From Eledone cirrhosa (lineage: Eukaryota), in NCBI GenBank assembly GCA_964016885.1, contig CAXHJY010001069.1, forward strand, positions 16,801 through 80,800: a stretch of DNA of 64,000 nt, written 5' to 3'. Position numbers and translations under genes: made by a program. Of this stretch, positions 1-13,700 are shown piece by piece. Each line of letters opens with the position of its first letter. Position 1 is the first letter of the stretch. The notes under the pieces were generated by a model that searched no databases, had not been told where the DNA came from, and worked only from the letters and a program-made list of their open reading frames with translations.

Positions 1-244
1 GCCACCTACACCACCACCTACAATAACAACGCCATCAACCCTACCACCACCACCAAAGCCATCATCACCACCACCATCACCAAACACATCCCCCCACTTC
101 ACCACTGCCAATCCCTCCATCCGCTACTAAAGTTAACCCCTACCCGCCACCCCCACCCCACTACCACCCTACACTTAGATTCAAGAACACGAGGATATGG
201 ACAATTGGGTGTTGGTTTGTAATGTGGCTATTTTTAGAGGGACA

Positions 245-733
245 TGGTGGTGGTGTTATTGTTGTTGTTCTTGTGGTTGTTGGTAGTAGTGGTGGTGGTG
301 TTGTTGGTGTTGGTAGTAATGGTGGTGGTGTTGGTAGTAGTGGTGGTGGTGTTGGTCTTGTGGTTGTTGGTAGTAGTGGTGGTGGTGTTGTTGGTGGTGT
401 TGGTCTTGTGGTTGTTGGTAGTAGTGGTAGTAGTGGTGGTGGTGTTGGTCTTGTGGTTGTTGGTAGTAGTGGTGGTGGTGTTGTTGGTGGTGTTGGTCTT
501 GTGGTTGTTGGTAGTAGTGGTAGTAGTGGTGGTGGTGGTGGTGTTGGTGTTGGTAGTAGTGGTGGTGGTGGTGTTGGTAGTGGTGGTGGTGGTGTTGTTG
601 GTGGTGTTGGTCGTGTGGTTGTTGGTAGTAGTGGTAGTAGTGGTGGTGGCGGTGGTGTTGGTAGTAGTGGTGGTGGTGTTGTTGGTCTTGTGGTTGTTGA
701 TAGTAGTGGTAGTAGTGGTGGTGGTCGTGTTGG
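245..733. repeat. Compound (GGT/GTT/AGT)n trinucleotide low-complexity repeat
   Basis: Direct reading; recurring ggtgttggtcttgtggttgttggtagtagt block. Confidence 0.95.
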
Positions 734-804
734 TTCAGAATCCTATGGGGACCACCCCAAAGTCTAATACTGTTACATGGTTGTAATATAAATATACTCC
801 TCTA

Positions 805-857
805 CCTTTCACGGGACCCCAGACAATCTTTTGCGGAACCCACTTTGGGAGCCACTG
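805..857 (-). mobile_element. Terminus of a hAT (Charlie-like) non-autonomous DNA transposon abutting a SINE head fragment
   Basis: Reverse complement begins CAGTGGCTCCCAAAGTGGGTTCCGC, like Charlie TIRs. The next bases (ctctaaccactaagccatg) are the reverse complement of the SINE A-box region at ~34746. Confidence 0.45.
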
Positions 858-899
858 CTCTAACCACTAAGCCATGTGGTGCAGGATATTAAGAGTTAA

Positions 900-1590
900 A
901 TAACTCGCTGGAGGCTGGCTTACACATCAACATCTCCAAAACAAAATGTATGACAACTGATAAAACTAAGCCCATCTCCAAGTCACATTCTACAACCAGC
1001 AAATTGCTCAAGTTACGGAGTTTGTATATCTCGGTCACAAACTATCATCAAACAACAATGGAATGAGTGCTGCGCAATATCGAATCACTCTAGGTTTTGG
1101 CAGCTTTCAACAAGAACAAGGAAGTACTAACATCAAAACGAGTTTCCTATCATTTGAAGGCTAAGATCTTTGATACTTACATCCTACCAGTTGTGTTATA
1201 TGGTCTTGACTGTGTCAATTGGACACAAGATCACTTCAGAAGCTCTCTACATTCCAGAACCACATCATGAGACTTATGACTAGCAAGCGGCTCAGCGATC
1301 GTATCTGTATCAGTGAGCCGCTCAACATTACCAAACTTAGACCAATTACATCAATTGTCAAGTCAAGAGTACTCAAACTATACGGCCATATAAAAAGATC
1401 AACTCGTGGTGTGAGTAGGTTATTCCTGGAAGGAAGGTTGGCTGGTAAGAGAAGCAGAGGCCGGCAGCCAAAACTATGGCTTGATAATGTCAACTTATGG
1501 ACTGGACTTTTCTCTTTGAACTCTGCTGTTGGTGGTCGAACTTTGTGGAGAGAGATATCACATGTTAATGTGCAGTCTGCAACTGGCGGA
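900..1590 (+). mobile_element. Degenerate RTE-clade LINE, C-terminal RT/thumb fragment (frameshifted)
   Basis: Translates across frameshifts to GLHINISKTK..EFVYLG..LKAKIFDTYILPVVLYG..LYGHIKR..EGRLAGKRSRGRQPKLWLDNV, a typical RTE ORF C-terminus. Confidence 0.85.
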
Positions 1591-1884
1591 GTTTACCGTA
1601 AAAGTAGTAGTAACTGCAAGTTTAAGGCGGCAAACAAAAACAGCAAAAAACAAAAACAAAAACAAAAAAGACATGAGCAGGTAGTTGAGGTGGTTACTAC
1701 TAACACACATACACCAACACTACTACCATCACCACTCTCACCACCACTAACACACATACACCACCACCACCACCACTGCCACCACCACCACTACTACCAT
1801 CACCACTCTCACCACGACCATCACTCCTCACCAGCGGATGTAACTAATTAATTTGTTCAACTGGAGAGACTGTAAACAACTTGG

Positions 1885-1885
1885 A

Positions 1886-1920
<35 letters not shown>

Positions 1921-1956
1921 TTACTACTACTACTATCGCTACTACTACTACTATCG

Positions 1957-2010
<54 letters not shown>

Positions 2011-2084
2011 TCGCTACTACTACTACTACTACTACTACTACTAGTAGTAGTACTTCTGCTACTACTACTACTACTACTACTACT
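1885..2084. repeat. (ACT)n microsatellite
   Basis: Direct reading. Confidence 0.97.
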
Positions 2085-2317
2085 AACACCATCTTGTCCA
2101 ACACCAACAAGTTGGTGTAGGACAGAACAAAGGAGAGACACAAAATAAAAACCTAGTTACTGAGGAGGTCATATAATGTGTGACAAAAGAGCTTTGACAA
2201 TATATAAACAACCTTCCGGTTATCGAAACAAACCAACCAACCGGAAACTTATAATAAATTGAAGTCAAAATCACAGGTGCGTGTGTTTTAATTGGTAGCA
2301 TGACCCTCCCAAATTAT

Positions 2318-2357
<40 letters not shown>

Positions 2358-2359
<2 letters not shown>

Positions 2360-2637
2360 GGTGTTGGATGCTTAAAGCGTCCGTATGCGGTAGGCCGTAT
2401 GAACACTCAATGCCCTCGTAGAGCAGAGTTAGGAAAATCTGGTTCGTAGAATCGAGACGTATCTGACGACCGTGTTGATTTCAGAGTCAGGTCTGATCAC
2501 TATATCGGTTAGATCACTATATCGATCATATATCAGATCACTATATCGATCGTGCCTCGAGCTGGTCGCCCGAGAAACATTTGTAATATGTCCAATAAAT
2601 TCATTTCGTCGCAACACTGATTCTCTTTTTTCTGTGA
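2358..2637 (+). mobile_element. (TA)n-flanked PLE pLTR-like element, family A copy 1
   Basis: Homologous to 62671-62818; contains a hammerhead motif followed by AATAAA (2594-2599); (TA)n on both sides. Confidence 0.7.
2456..2592 (+). ncRNA. Type I hammerhead ribozyme motif with extended stem II
   Basis: Stem I GACGTAT/ATATGTC; CTGACGA 2463-2469; GAAAC 2574-2578; stem III AC-attt-GT; GTA cleavage triplet 2583-2585. Confidence 0.75.
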
Positions 2638-2654
2638 TATATATATATATTGAT

Positions 2655-3170
2655 TAATGTTCAGAGCCATCCTCAGCATTCTCGTGTAGCACCCATCCAC
2701 CATCTGAGTGAGTTTCTTGGTCAGTCTCTAAGTCCCAGACCCGTACAACAACACAGACTCCACTACAGCAACGAAGAGACGGATCTTCAGGTCTTTATGA
2801 AGGTCCGACTTTCACACCGATCTCAAACTGTGGCACGCCGCCCAGGCTTTGCTCTTCCTCTCGACCGCATCATCTTCTGTATTCCCAATCTTCGCTCCCA
2901 GATACAGGAAGTCCTCAACCAATTCTAGCGGCTTCCCGCCTACATTAGTAATCTTCTCTGGCTTCTTAATATTCTCTACCAGATACTTCGTCTTAATCTC
3001 ATTTATTCTCTGCCCCACACTCATCGACACAGACTCCACCTCCTGAATCAACTCCTCTGCCTCCTTCTCTGTGTTTGTCACCAGAACTATGTCGTCGGCA
3101 AATTCAGCATCCGATATCTTTTTCGCCTTAACTCTCCTGCTCTGAGCCGGTGTTACAGTAAAGCCTCCCA
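2655..3170 (-). mobile_element. RTE-like LINE reverse transcriptase fragment (inverted 5' part)
   Basis: FADD catalytic motif, RINEIKTKY, VEDFLYLG, KAWAAC, then ESVLLYG..DGCYTRMLRMALNI with in-frame stops. Confidence 0.9.
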
Positions 3171-3420
3171 AACGTCAGCTCGAGAGTAACACAGAGAGAC
3201 TGAGGTTAACTGGACATGCTCACCGACATCCAGAGTTGACACTACACTCAGTGCTCCTGTGGGAGACCCTGCATGGACACACTGGAAGAGGAAGACCGAG
3301 GTTGACATATGTTGATGTCCTAAGGACAGACACTGGTCTCTTGGAGGCGCAGGACATGGCAACGATAATGAGGGACAGAGACCGCTGGAGAGAACTCGTC
3401 CATGGATCTCGGGAATTTTA
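3163..3420 (+). mobile_element. 3' end of the same RTE-like LINE (sense part)
   Basis: RLRLTGHAHRHPEL..VLLWE..GRGRPRLTYVDVL..DRDRWRELV, a typical RTE C-terminus. Confidence 0.85.
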
Positions 3421-3447
3421 CCCGCCCTATATATATACAGATATATG

Positions 3448-3581
3448 TTTATCCCGGGTTCAATCAGGGGTAACCACAGCAAGTAAGCTACTCAATACAT
3501 AGCACAGTATCAATATTTAATATAGAAATGGCTTCTACAGGACTAGAACTGTTTAATTCGGAAGAAATCATCAGGAAACCC
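3448..3581 (-). mobile_element. PLE pLTR-like element family B with hammerhead motif (3530-3580; GAAA mutated to TAAA)
   Basis: Minus strand GGTTTC-CTGATGA-tttcttccgaat-tAAACAG-ttctagtc-CTGTA-GAAGCC; homologous to 48057-48245, 60335-60460 and 45878-45920. Confidence 0.7.
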
Positions 3582-3889
3582 ATCAGGCACATCTCCTCCT
3601 TCTCCCTCCCTCTCCCTTTCCATGTCCTTCACCCTCTCTCCCCTTCTGTAGCTCTTCTCCTTTCCCTCTACTTTTCTCCCTCTCTCTCTCTCTACTCTGC
3701 TCTCTATTTACCTCACACCACACCCCCTCCTGTTCTTTCTAGAGTTCTACCTCTTATCTTCCACTAGAGTTCTCCGATAGTTGCCTCACCCCCATCCACC
3801 CCCACCCCACATAGACACCGAGGTGCTCCTCCTCCCGCTCTGTTCCTCCTCTATCATATGTTCGGATTTGGTTTCACATTGAAAGATAG

Positions 3890-3975
3890 TTTTGCTTTAC
3901 TACTTCCGCTTCATGCTAAACTTCCGGTGGGTCTTTTGAAATCTTCCGATCTGGGATTTCACGCATGAGCGCGTT
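3890..3975. promoter_or_regulatory. Possible promoter-like segment with clustered ETS-type CTTCCG motifs
   Basis: acttccgc, acttccgg and tcttccga within 60 bp, plus CpGs in an AT-rich background; motif evidence only. Confidence 0.2.
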
Positions 3976-4174
3976 ACATGTGTGTGATCATGTGTGTGTA
4001 TGTGTTCTTGTGTGTTTGCAGACGCGTGTGTGTATGTGTGTGTGTGTATGCGTGTGTGTGTTCTAGTGAACGTGTGTAGATAAATGTGTGTATAGTTTAT
4101 TTAATTGTATACGCATAAGCAAAGACAGACGGTAATAACATACCGCATATAGTTATTTGTATCAGGTATGTCTG

Positions 4175-4207
4175 TGTATATATATATATATGTATATATA
4201 TATACAC

Positions 4208-4244
<37 letters not shown>

Positions 4245-4247
4245 CAC

Positions 4248-4284
<37 letters not shown>

Positions 4285-4291
4285 CACATAC

Positions 4292-4330
<39 letters not shown>

Positions 4331-4889
4331 CAGATATATATATATATATATACAGGTATATATATATATATATATATATATGTACATATATATATATATA
4401 TATGTACATATATATATATATGTACATATATATATATATATATATATGTACATATATATATATATATATGTACATATATATATATACATATGTACATATA
4501 TATATATATATGTACATATATATATATATATGTACATATATATATATATATATGTACATATATATATATATATATGTACATATATGTACATATATATATA
4601 TATATATATATGGACATATATATATATATATGGACATATATATATATATATATATATGGACATATATATATATATGGACATATATATATATATATATGTA
4701 CATATATATATATATATATATGGACATATATATATATATATGTACATATATATATATATATATGGACATATATATATATATATATATATATGTACATATA
4801 TATATATATATATATGGACATATATATATATATATATATGGACATATATATATATATATATATGTACATATATATATATATATATGGAC

Positions 4890-4920
<31 letters not shown>

Positions 4921-5095
4921 TATATATATATATATGGACATATATATATATATATATATATATAGACATATATATATATATATATATGTACATATATATA
5001 TATATATATGGACATATATATATATATATATATGGACATATATATATATATATATATGGACATATATATATGTATATATATATATATATATATAT
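4175..5095. repeat. (TA)n array punctuated by TGTACA/TGGACA
   Basis: Direct reading. Confidence 0.97.
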
Positions 5096-5305
5096 GAAAA
5101 CAGGGAGAAAGAGACGATTATTAGGAAGAAAAAAATATTTTTTCCCTTTTTATTTCCTTCTCTCTTTTTTCTGGGTCAGAAAATGATTAAAACGAAATAT
5201 TTTACTTTGTGTAAAGTGTTAAGGTATTAGTTAATTTATTTATTAATTAACAATAGCATTTATTTACCTATTTATATATTTAATAATTGTCTTTAACGGT
5301 TTCAG

Positions 5306-5411
5306 CATTTTTATGCATTATCCAATGATAGTGATATGTATTGGTGTAGAATGGTGGTGTTGCATATGTTAAAGAAATGGTGCAGAAAGAATAATGTTAT
5401 TTACAAACAAG
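5306..5411 (+). other. Candidate exon (possibly UTR or terminal)
   Basis: ggtttcag acceptor, AAG|gtttat weak donor; open phase-0 frame HFYALSNDSDMYWCRMVVLHMLKKWCRKNNVIYKQ; does not join 6454 in frame. Confidence 0.2.
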
Positions 5412-5591
5412 GTTTATGAAGTAAAAAGAAAAAAGAAAAAAAGGGGCGTAATGTGGAGCATAAAAAGTCAATGTGAAAGAAAAAATAATGTTATTTACAG
5501 GCATAGTTCTTGAAGTTAAGCAGATCAAAATGTGTTAATATATATATATATATATGTATATATAGACATATATATATATATATATATGTCC

Positions 5592-5657
<66 letters not shown>

Positions 5658-5984
5658 GTGTCTGTGTGTGTGTCTGTCTCTCTGTCTCTCTCTGTGTGTG
5701 TGTGTGTGTGTTGCACAATGCAAACGAAAGGCGAGTGCTGTATCAATTCATTATTTAAACAATGAACTGATTAAGCACTAAATTTCACCTTTCGTTATCA
5801 TCGTTCAACACACACACACACACACCTAGTCACGCAATTCACGACGGAGTCGTAAGGTCGCCATATTGGCATTCGGCGTTTCTAAGGCATTTTAAAAAAT
5901 CATGGCAGAACCCAACTCCTCTCTCCAGGTCTGAATACAACAGATTGCTTCTAGAAAAGGTGAGAAAGAGATATAGAGGAAGAA

Positions 5985-6120
5985 TAGACCCTAGTATTTG
6001 ACTGGTACTTTTTTTTATAGACCTCGAAAAGGATGTAAGGCAAAGTTGACCTTGGTGGGATTAGAACTCAGAGCCCGAACGAATACCGCAAAGCATTCTA
6101 TCCGACGTTCTGGTGACTCT
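5985..6120 (-). mobile_element. tRNA-derived SINE (Meta-domain-like family), diverged
   Basis: Reverse complement matches the gagttcaaat..tttgcctttcatcc..aaagtaccag core of 30337-30532. Confidence 0.8.
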
Positions 6121-6121
6121 A

Positions 6122-6196
<75 letters not shown>

Positions 6197-6453
6197 ACAC
6201 ACAATCACTCACACTCAAAACATTGAAAAAAAACCAGATGTTATATCACGTGAGCAACCACAGGTGAGATAGATAGATAGAGAGAGAGGACGAAAGGAAG
6301 CAAGGAAGACAGAGAGTCTACCATATGATTATGTCTGTCATTAGGGTCCTAATGATATGTCATAGATATATGTCATAGTTGATGTAATAATATTTAATGT
6401 CGTAGGTTATATATTAAATATATATAATTTACAGTTGAAATATATTTTCACAG

Positions 6454-6500
6454 TACGATAGTGTTGCCTCATATTTTATCTTTTGTTAATGGCGTCAATG
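6454..6500 (+). CDS. Candidate micro-exon (phase 2 to 1), TIVLPHILSFVNGVN
   Basis: ttttcacag acceptor and G|gtgact donor; phase-compatible with 28482-28548. Confidence 0.4.
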
Positions 6501-6568
6501 GTGACTCCTTTTATATTTCACACAAATACCTTTATATATATATATACATATACACATTCTCTCTCTCT

Positions 6569-6628
<60 letters not shown>

Positions 6629-7113
6629 TATACACACACACTCACACACTCACTCACTCACTCACTCACTCACACATACACACACTCACACATACACACA
6701 CTTACACATACACACATACACACACACTCCACACACACTCCACACACACACTCCACACACAAACACCATTTTATATTCACATATACACAAACACACACAC
6801 AGCCATACAAATATACTATCGTATACATACATTCACGTACACACGCACACACACACACACTCTCTCTCTGTCTCTCTCTCACACACACATATATATATTT
6901 ATATAAATACATATATCTGTGTGTGTGTGTATATGTATTTTATATATATGTATATATTGTTATACTTGGGGAGGGTCATACTGTTGTAATAATATGACCA
7001 GGAATAATAACAGAACTCACTGTTTCGTTGGTTTTCGCTTCTGTATCTTTTATATCTCCACAGTTAATTCATTCGGCCATCAATGTTTATCACTGATTGA
7101 CCAACGGTCAAAA

Positions 7114-7171
<58 letters not shown>

Positions 7172-7180
<9 letters not shown>

Positions 7181-7592
7181 TAAAAAAATAATGAATAAAA
7201 CAATGAAACAGTTCCTTATATTAAACAAAAAAAGTTCATTATTTAACGATCGTTTCTAGGATATATATGTGTTAGAATTGGCATGCATATTCAACAGATC
7301 TATGTACAAAATTATACAAAATTATACAAACTATCAAAATTAAATATACATACCAAACACATATATATGGCATATATATATAACACATAAACGGCATATA
7401 TATGTGTTTGGTATGTATATTTAATTTTGATAGTTTGTATAATTTTGTATAATTTTGTACATAGATCTGATGAATATGCATGCCAATTCTAACACATATA
7501 TATCCTAGAAACGATCGTTAAATAATGAACTTTTTTTGTTTAATATAAGGAACTGTTTCATTGTTTTATTCATTATTTTTTTAATATTTTAT
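7172..7592. repeat. ~198-bp near-perfect inverted repeat (7172-7369 / 7395-7592) in a (TA)n-flanked PLE-like element extending to ~7726
   Basis: Arms are reverse complements; the right arm has CTGATGA 7467-7473 and GAAACGATCGTT 7508-7519. Confidence 0.9.
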
Positions 7593-7752
7593 CTTGACTC
7601 TGTATTCCGTTTATCTTTCACCGAAAGTGATTTTTCATTGCATCTCTTCTTTCCATGATATCCGGACTACATTGAGTTCTTCATACGGATTGGACACTAC
7701 CGTAAACTCTTGGTAGATTTATCTACATATATATATATATATATATATGTCA

Positions 7753-10700
7753 ATCTTGTTGTCATATATCTCACACCTATCTTGGTCTTATTACCAACTA
7801 TCTTGCTGTCATATATCTCACACCTCTCTTGGTCTTATTACCAACTATCTTGTTGTCATATATCACACCTATCTTGGTCTTATTACCAACTATCTTGTCA
7901 TATATCTCACACCTATCTTGGTCTTATTACCAACTATCTTGTTGTCATATATCTCACACCTCTCTTGGTCTTATTACCAACTATCTTGCTGTCATATATC
8001 TCACACCTATCTTGGTCTTATTACCAACTATCTTGTTGTCATATATCTCACACCTCTCTTGTTCTTATTACCAACTATCTTGTTGTCATATATCTCACAC
8101 CTCTCTTGGTCTTATTACCAACTATCTTGTTGTCATATATCCCACACCTATCTTGGTCTTATTACCAACTATCTTGTTGTCATATATCTCACACCTATCT
8201 TGGTCTTATTACCAACTATCTTGTTGTCATATATCTCACACCTATCTTGGTCTTATTACCAACTATCTTGTTGTCATATATCCCACACCTATCTTGGTCT
8301 TATTACCAACTATCTTGTTGTCATATATCCCACACCTATCTTGGTCTTATTACCAACTATCTTGTTGTCATATATCCCACACCTATCTTGGTCTTATTAC
8401 CAACTATCTTGTTGTCATATATCTCACACCTATCTTGGTCTTATTACCAACTATCTTGCTGTCATATATCTCACACCTATCTTGGTCTTATTACCAACTA
8501 CCTTGCTGTCATATATCTCACACCTATCTTGGTCTTATTACCAACTATCTTGTTGTCATATATCTCACACCTATCTTGGTCTTATTACCAACTATCTTGT
8601 TGTCATATATCTCACACCTATCTTGGTCTTATTACCAACTATCTTGCTGTCATATATCTCACACCTATCTTGGTCTTATTACCAACTATCTTGTGGTCAT
8701 ATATCCCACGCCTATCTTGGTCTTATTACCAACTATCTTGTTGTCATATATCTCACACCTATCTTGGTCTTATTACCAACTATCTTGTTGTCATATATCC
8801 CACACCTATCTTGGTCTTATTACCAACTATCTTGTTGTCATATATCTCACACCTATCTTGGTCTTATTACCAACTATCTTGTTGTCATATATCTCACACC
8901 TATCTTGGTCTAATTACCAACTATCTTGCTGTCATATATCTCACACCTATCTTGGTCTAATTACCAACTATCTTGTCATATATCTCACACCTCTCTTGGT
9001 CTTATTACCAACTATCTTGTCATATATCTCACACCTCTCTTGGTCTTATTACCAACTATCTTGCTGTCATATATCTCACACCTATCTTGGTCTAATTACC
9101 AACTATCTTGCTGTCATATATCTCACACCTATCTTGGTCTAATTACCAACTATCTTGCTGTCATATATCTCACACCTATCTTGGTCTTATTACCAACTAT
9201 CTTGCTGTCATATATCTCACACCTCTCTTGGTCTTATTACCAACTATCTTGTCATATATCTCACACCTCTCTTGGTCTTATTACCAACTATCTTGCAGTC
9301 ATATATCTCACACTTCTCTTGGTCTTATTACCAACTATCTTGCTGTCATATATCTCACACCTCTCTTGGTCTTATTACCAACTATCTTGCTGTCATATAT
9401 CTCACACCTCTCTTGGTCTTATTACCAACTATCTTGCTGTCATATATCTCACACCTCTCTTGGTCTTATTACCAACTATCTTGCTGTCATATATCTCACA
9501 CCTCTCTTGGTCTTATTACCAACTATCTTGTCATATATCTCACACCTATCTTGGTCTTATTACCAACTATCTTGCTGTCATATATCTCACACCTCTCTTG
9601 GTCTTATTACCAACTATCTTGTCATATATCTCACACCTATCTTGGTCTTATTACCAACTATCTTGTTGTCATATATCTCACACCTCTCTTGGTCTTATTA
9701 CCAACTATCTTGTTGTCATATATCTCACACCTCTCTTGGTCTTATTACCAACTATCTTGTCATATATCTCACACCTCTCTTGGTCTTATTACCAACTATC
9801 TTGTCATATATCTCACACCTATCTTGGTCTTATTACCAACTATCTTGTTGTCATATATCTCACACCTATCTTGGTCTTATTACCAACTAACTTGTTGTCA
9901 TATATCTCACCTCTCTTGGTCTTATTACCAACTATCTTGTTGTCATATATCTCACACCTTTCTTGGTCTTATTACCAACTATCTTGTTGTCATATATCTC
10001 ACACCTATCTTGGTCTTATTACCAACTATCTTGTTGTCATATATCTCACACCTATCTTGGTCTTATTACCAACTATCTTGCTGTCATATATCTCACACCT
10101 ATCTTGGTCTTATTACCAACTATCTTGCTGTCATATATCTCACACCTCTCTTAGTCTTATTACCAACTATCTTGTTGTCATATATCTCACACCTATCTTG
10201 GTCTTATTACCAACTATCTTGTTGTCATATATCCCACACCTATCTTGGTCTTATTACCAACTATCTTGTTGTCATATATCTCACACCTATCTTGGTCTTA
10301 TTACCAACTATCTTGTTGTCATATATCTCACACCTATCTTGGTCTAATTACCAACTATCTTGCTGTCATATATCTCACACCTATCTTGGTCTAATTACCA
10401 ACTATCTTGTCATATATCTCACACCTCTCTTGGTCTTATTACCAACTATCTTGTCATATATCTCACACCTCTCTTGGTCTTATTACCAACTATCTTGCTG
10501 TCATATATCTCACACCTATCTTGGTCTAATTACCAACTATCTTGCTGTCATATATCTCACACCTATCTTGGTCTAATTACCAACTATCTTGCTGTCATAT
10601 ATCTCACACCTATCTTGGTCTTATTACCAACTATCTTGCTGTCATATATCTCACACCTCTCTTGGTCTTATTACCAACTATCTTGTCATATATCTCACAC

Positions 10701-13700
10701 CTCTCTTGGTCTTATTACCAACTATCTTGCAGTCATATATCTCACACTTCTCTTGGTCTTATTACCAACTATCTTGCTGTCATATATCTCACACCTCTCT
10801 TGGTCTTATTACCAACTATCTTGCTGTCATATATCTCACACCTCTCTTGGTCTTATTACCAACTATCTTGCTGTCATATATCTCACACCTCTCTTGGTCT
10901 TATTACCAACTATCTTGCTGTCATATATCTCACACCTCTCTTGGTCTTATTACCAACTATCTTGTCATATATCTCACACCTATCTTGGTCTTATTACCAA
11001 CTATCTTGCTGTCATATATCTCACACCTCTCTTGGTCTTATTACCAACTATCTTGTCATATATCTCACACCTATCTTGGTCTTATTACCAACTATCTTGT
11101 TGTCATATATCTCACACCTCTCTTGGTCTTATTACCAACTATCTTGTTGTCATATATCTCACACCTCTCTTGGTCTTATTACCAACTATCTTGTCATATA
11201 TCTCACACCTCTCTTGGTCTTATTACCAACTATCTTGTCATATATCTCACACCTATCTTGGTCTTATTACCAACTATCTTGTTGTCATATATCTCACACC
11301 TATCTTGGTCTTATTACCAACTAACTTGTTGTCATATATCTCACACCTCTCTTGGTCTTATTACCAACTATCTTGTTGTCATATATCTCACACCTTTCTT
11401 GGTCTTATTACCAACTATCTTGTTGTCATATATCTCACACCTATCTTGGTCTTATTACCAACTATCTTGTTGTCATATATCTCACACCTATCTTGGTCTT
11501 ATTACCAACTATCTTGCTGTCATATATCTCACACCTATCTTGGTCTTATTACCAACTATCTTGCTGTCATATATCTCACACCTCTCTTAGTCTTATTACC
11601 AACTATCTTGTTGTCATATATCTCACACCTATCTTGGTCTTATTACCAACTATCTTGCTGTCATATATCTCACACCACTCTTGGTCTTATTACCAACTAT
11701 CTTGTTGTCATATATCTCACACCTATCTTGGTCTTATTACCAACTATCTTGCTGTCATATATCTCACACCTATCTTGGTCTTATTACCAACTATCTTGCT
11801 GTCATATATCTCACACCTCTCTTAGTCTTATTACCAAATATCTTGTTGTCATATATCTCACACCTATCTTGGTCTTATTACCAACTATCTTGCTGTCATA
11901 TATCTCACACCTCTCTTGGTCTTATTACCAACTATCTTGCTGTCATATATCTCACACCTCTCTTGGTCTTATTACCAACTATCTTGTCATATATCTCACA
12001 CCTATCTTCGTCTTATTACCAACTATCTTGTTGTCATATATCTCACACCTATCTTGGGCTTATTACCAACTATCTTGTTGTCATATATCTCACACCTATC
12101 TTGGTTTTATTACCAACTATCTTGCTGTCATATATCCCACGCCTATCTTGGTCTTATTACCAACTATCTTGTTGTCATATATCTCACACCTATCTTGGTC
12201 TTATTACCAACTATCTTGCTGTCATATATCCCACACCTATCTTGGTCTTATTACCAACTATCTTTTGGTCATATATCCCACGCCTATCTTGGTCTTATTA
12301 CCAACTATCTTGTTGTCATATATCTCACACCTATCTTGGTCTTATTACCAACTATCTTGTTGTCATATATCTCACACCTATCTTGGTCTAATTACCAACT
12401 ATCTTGCTGTCATATATCTCACACCTATCTTGGTCTAATTACCAACTATCTTGTCATATATCTCACACCTCTCTTGGTCTTATTACCAACTATCTTGTCA
12501 TATATCTCACACCTCTCTTGGTCTTATTACCAACTATCTTGCTGTCATATATCTCACACCTATCTTGGTCTAATTACCAACTATCTTGCTGTCATATATC
12601 TCACACCTATCTTGGTCTAATTACCAACTATCTTGCTGTCATATATCTCACACCTATCTTGGTCTTATTACCAACTATCTTGCTGTCATATATCTCACAC
12701 CTCTCTTGGTCTTATTACCAACTATCTTGTCATATATCTCACACCTCTCTTGGTCTTATTACCAACTATCTTGCAGTCATATATCTCACACTTCTCTTGG
12801 TCTTATTACCAACTATCTTGCTGTCATATATCTCACACCTATCTTGGTCTTATTACCAACTATCTTGCTGTCATATATCTCACACCTCTCTTGGTCTTAT
12901 TACCAACTATCTTGCTGTCATATATCTCACACCTATCTTGGTCTTATTACCAACTATCTTGCTGTCATATATCTCACACCTCTCTTGGTCTTATTACCAA
13001 CTATCTTGTCATATATCTCACACCTATCTTGGTCTTATTACCAACTATCTTGCTGTCATATATCTCACACCTCTCTTGGTCTTACTACCAACTATCTTGT
13101 CATATATCTCACACCTATCTTGGTCTTATTACCAACTATCTTGTTGTCATATATCTCACACCTATCTTGGGCTTATTACCAACTATCTTGTTGTCATATA
13201 TCTCACACCTATCTTGGTTTTATTACCAACTATCTTGCTGTCATATATCTCACACCTATCTTGGTCTTATTACCAACTATATTGTTGTCATATATCTCAC
13301 ACCTCTCTTGGTCTTATTACCAACTATCTTGTTGTCATATATCTCACACCTCTCTTGGTCTTATTACCAACTATCTTGTTGTCATATATCTCACACCTAT
13401 CTTGGTCTTATTACCAAATATCTTGTTGTCATATATCTCACACCTATCTTGGTCTTATTACCAACTATCTTGTTGTCATATATCTCACACCTATCTTGGT
13501 CTTATTACCAACTATCTTGTCATATATCTCACACCTCTCTTGGTCTTATTACCAACTATCTTGTTGTCATATATCTCAAACCTCTCTTGGTCTTATTACC
13601 AACTATCTTGTCATATATCTCACACCTCTCTTGGTCTTATTACCATCTATCTTGCTGTCATATATCTCACACCTCTCTTGGTCTTATTACCAACTATCTT

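Noticed and set aside
222-786. Gly-rich and Val-rich ORFs (also poly-Thr/Ser/His ORFs at 1.9, 48, 53 and 56 kb)
   Set aside because: Trinucleotide simple repeats without splice or codon evidence.
4097-5230. YI/IY-rich ORFs here and at 36-38 kb, 53-56 kb and elsewhere
   Set aside because: Translations of (TA)n, (CA)n and (TG)n microsatellites.
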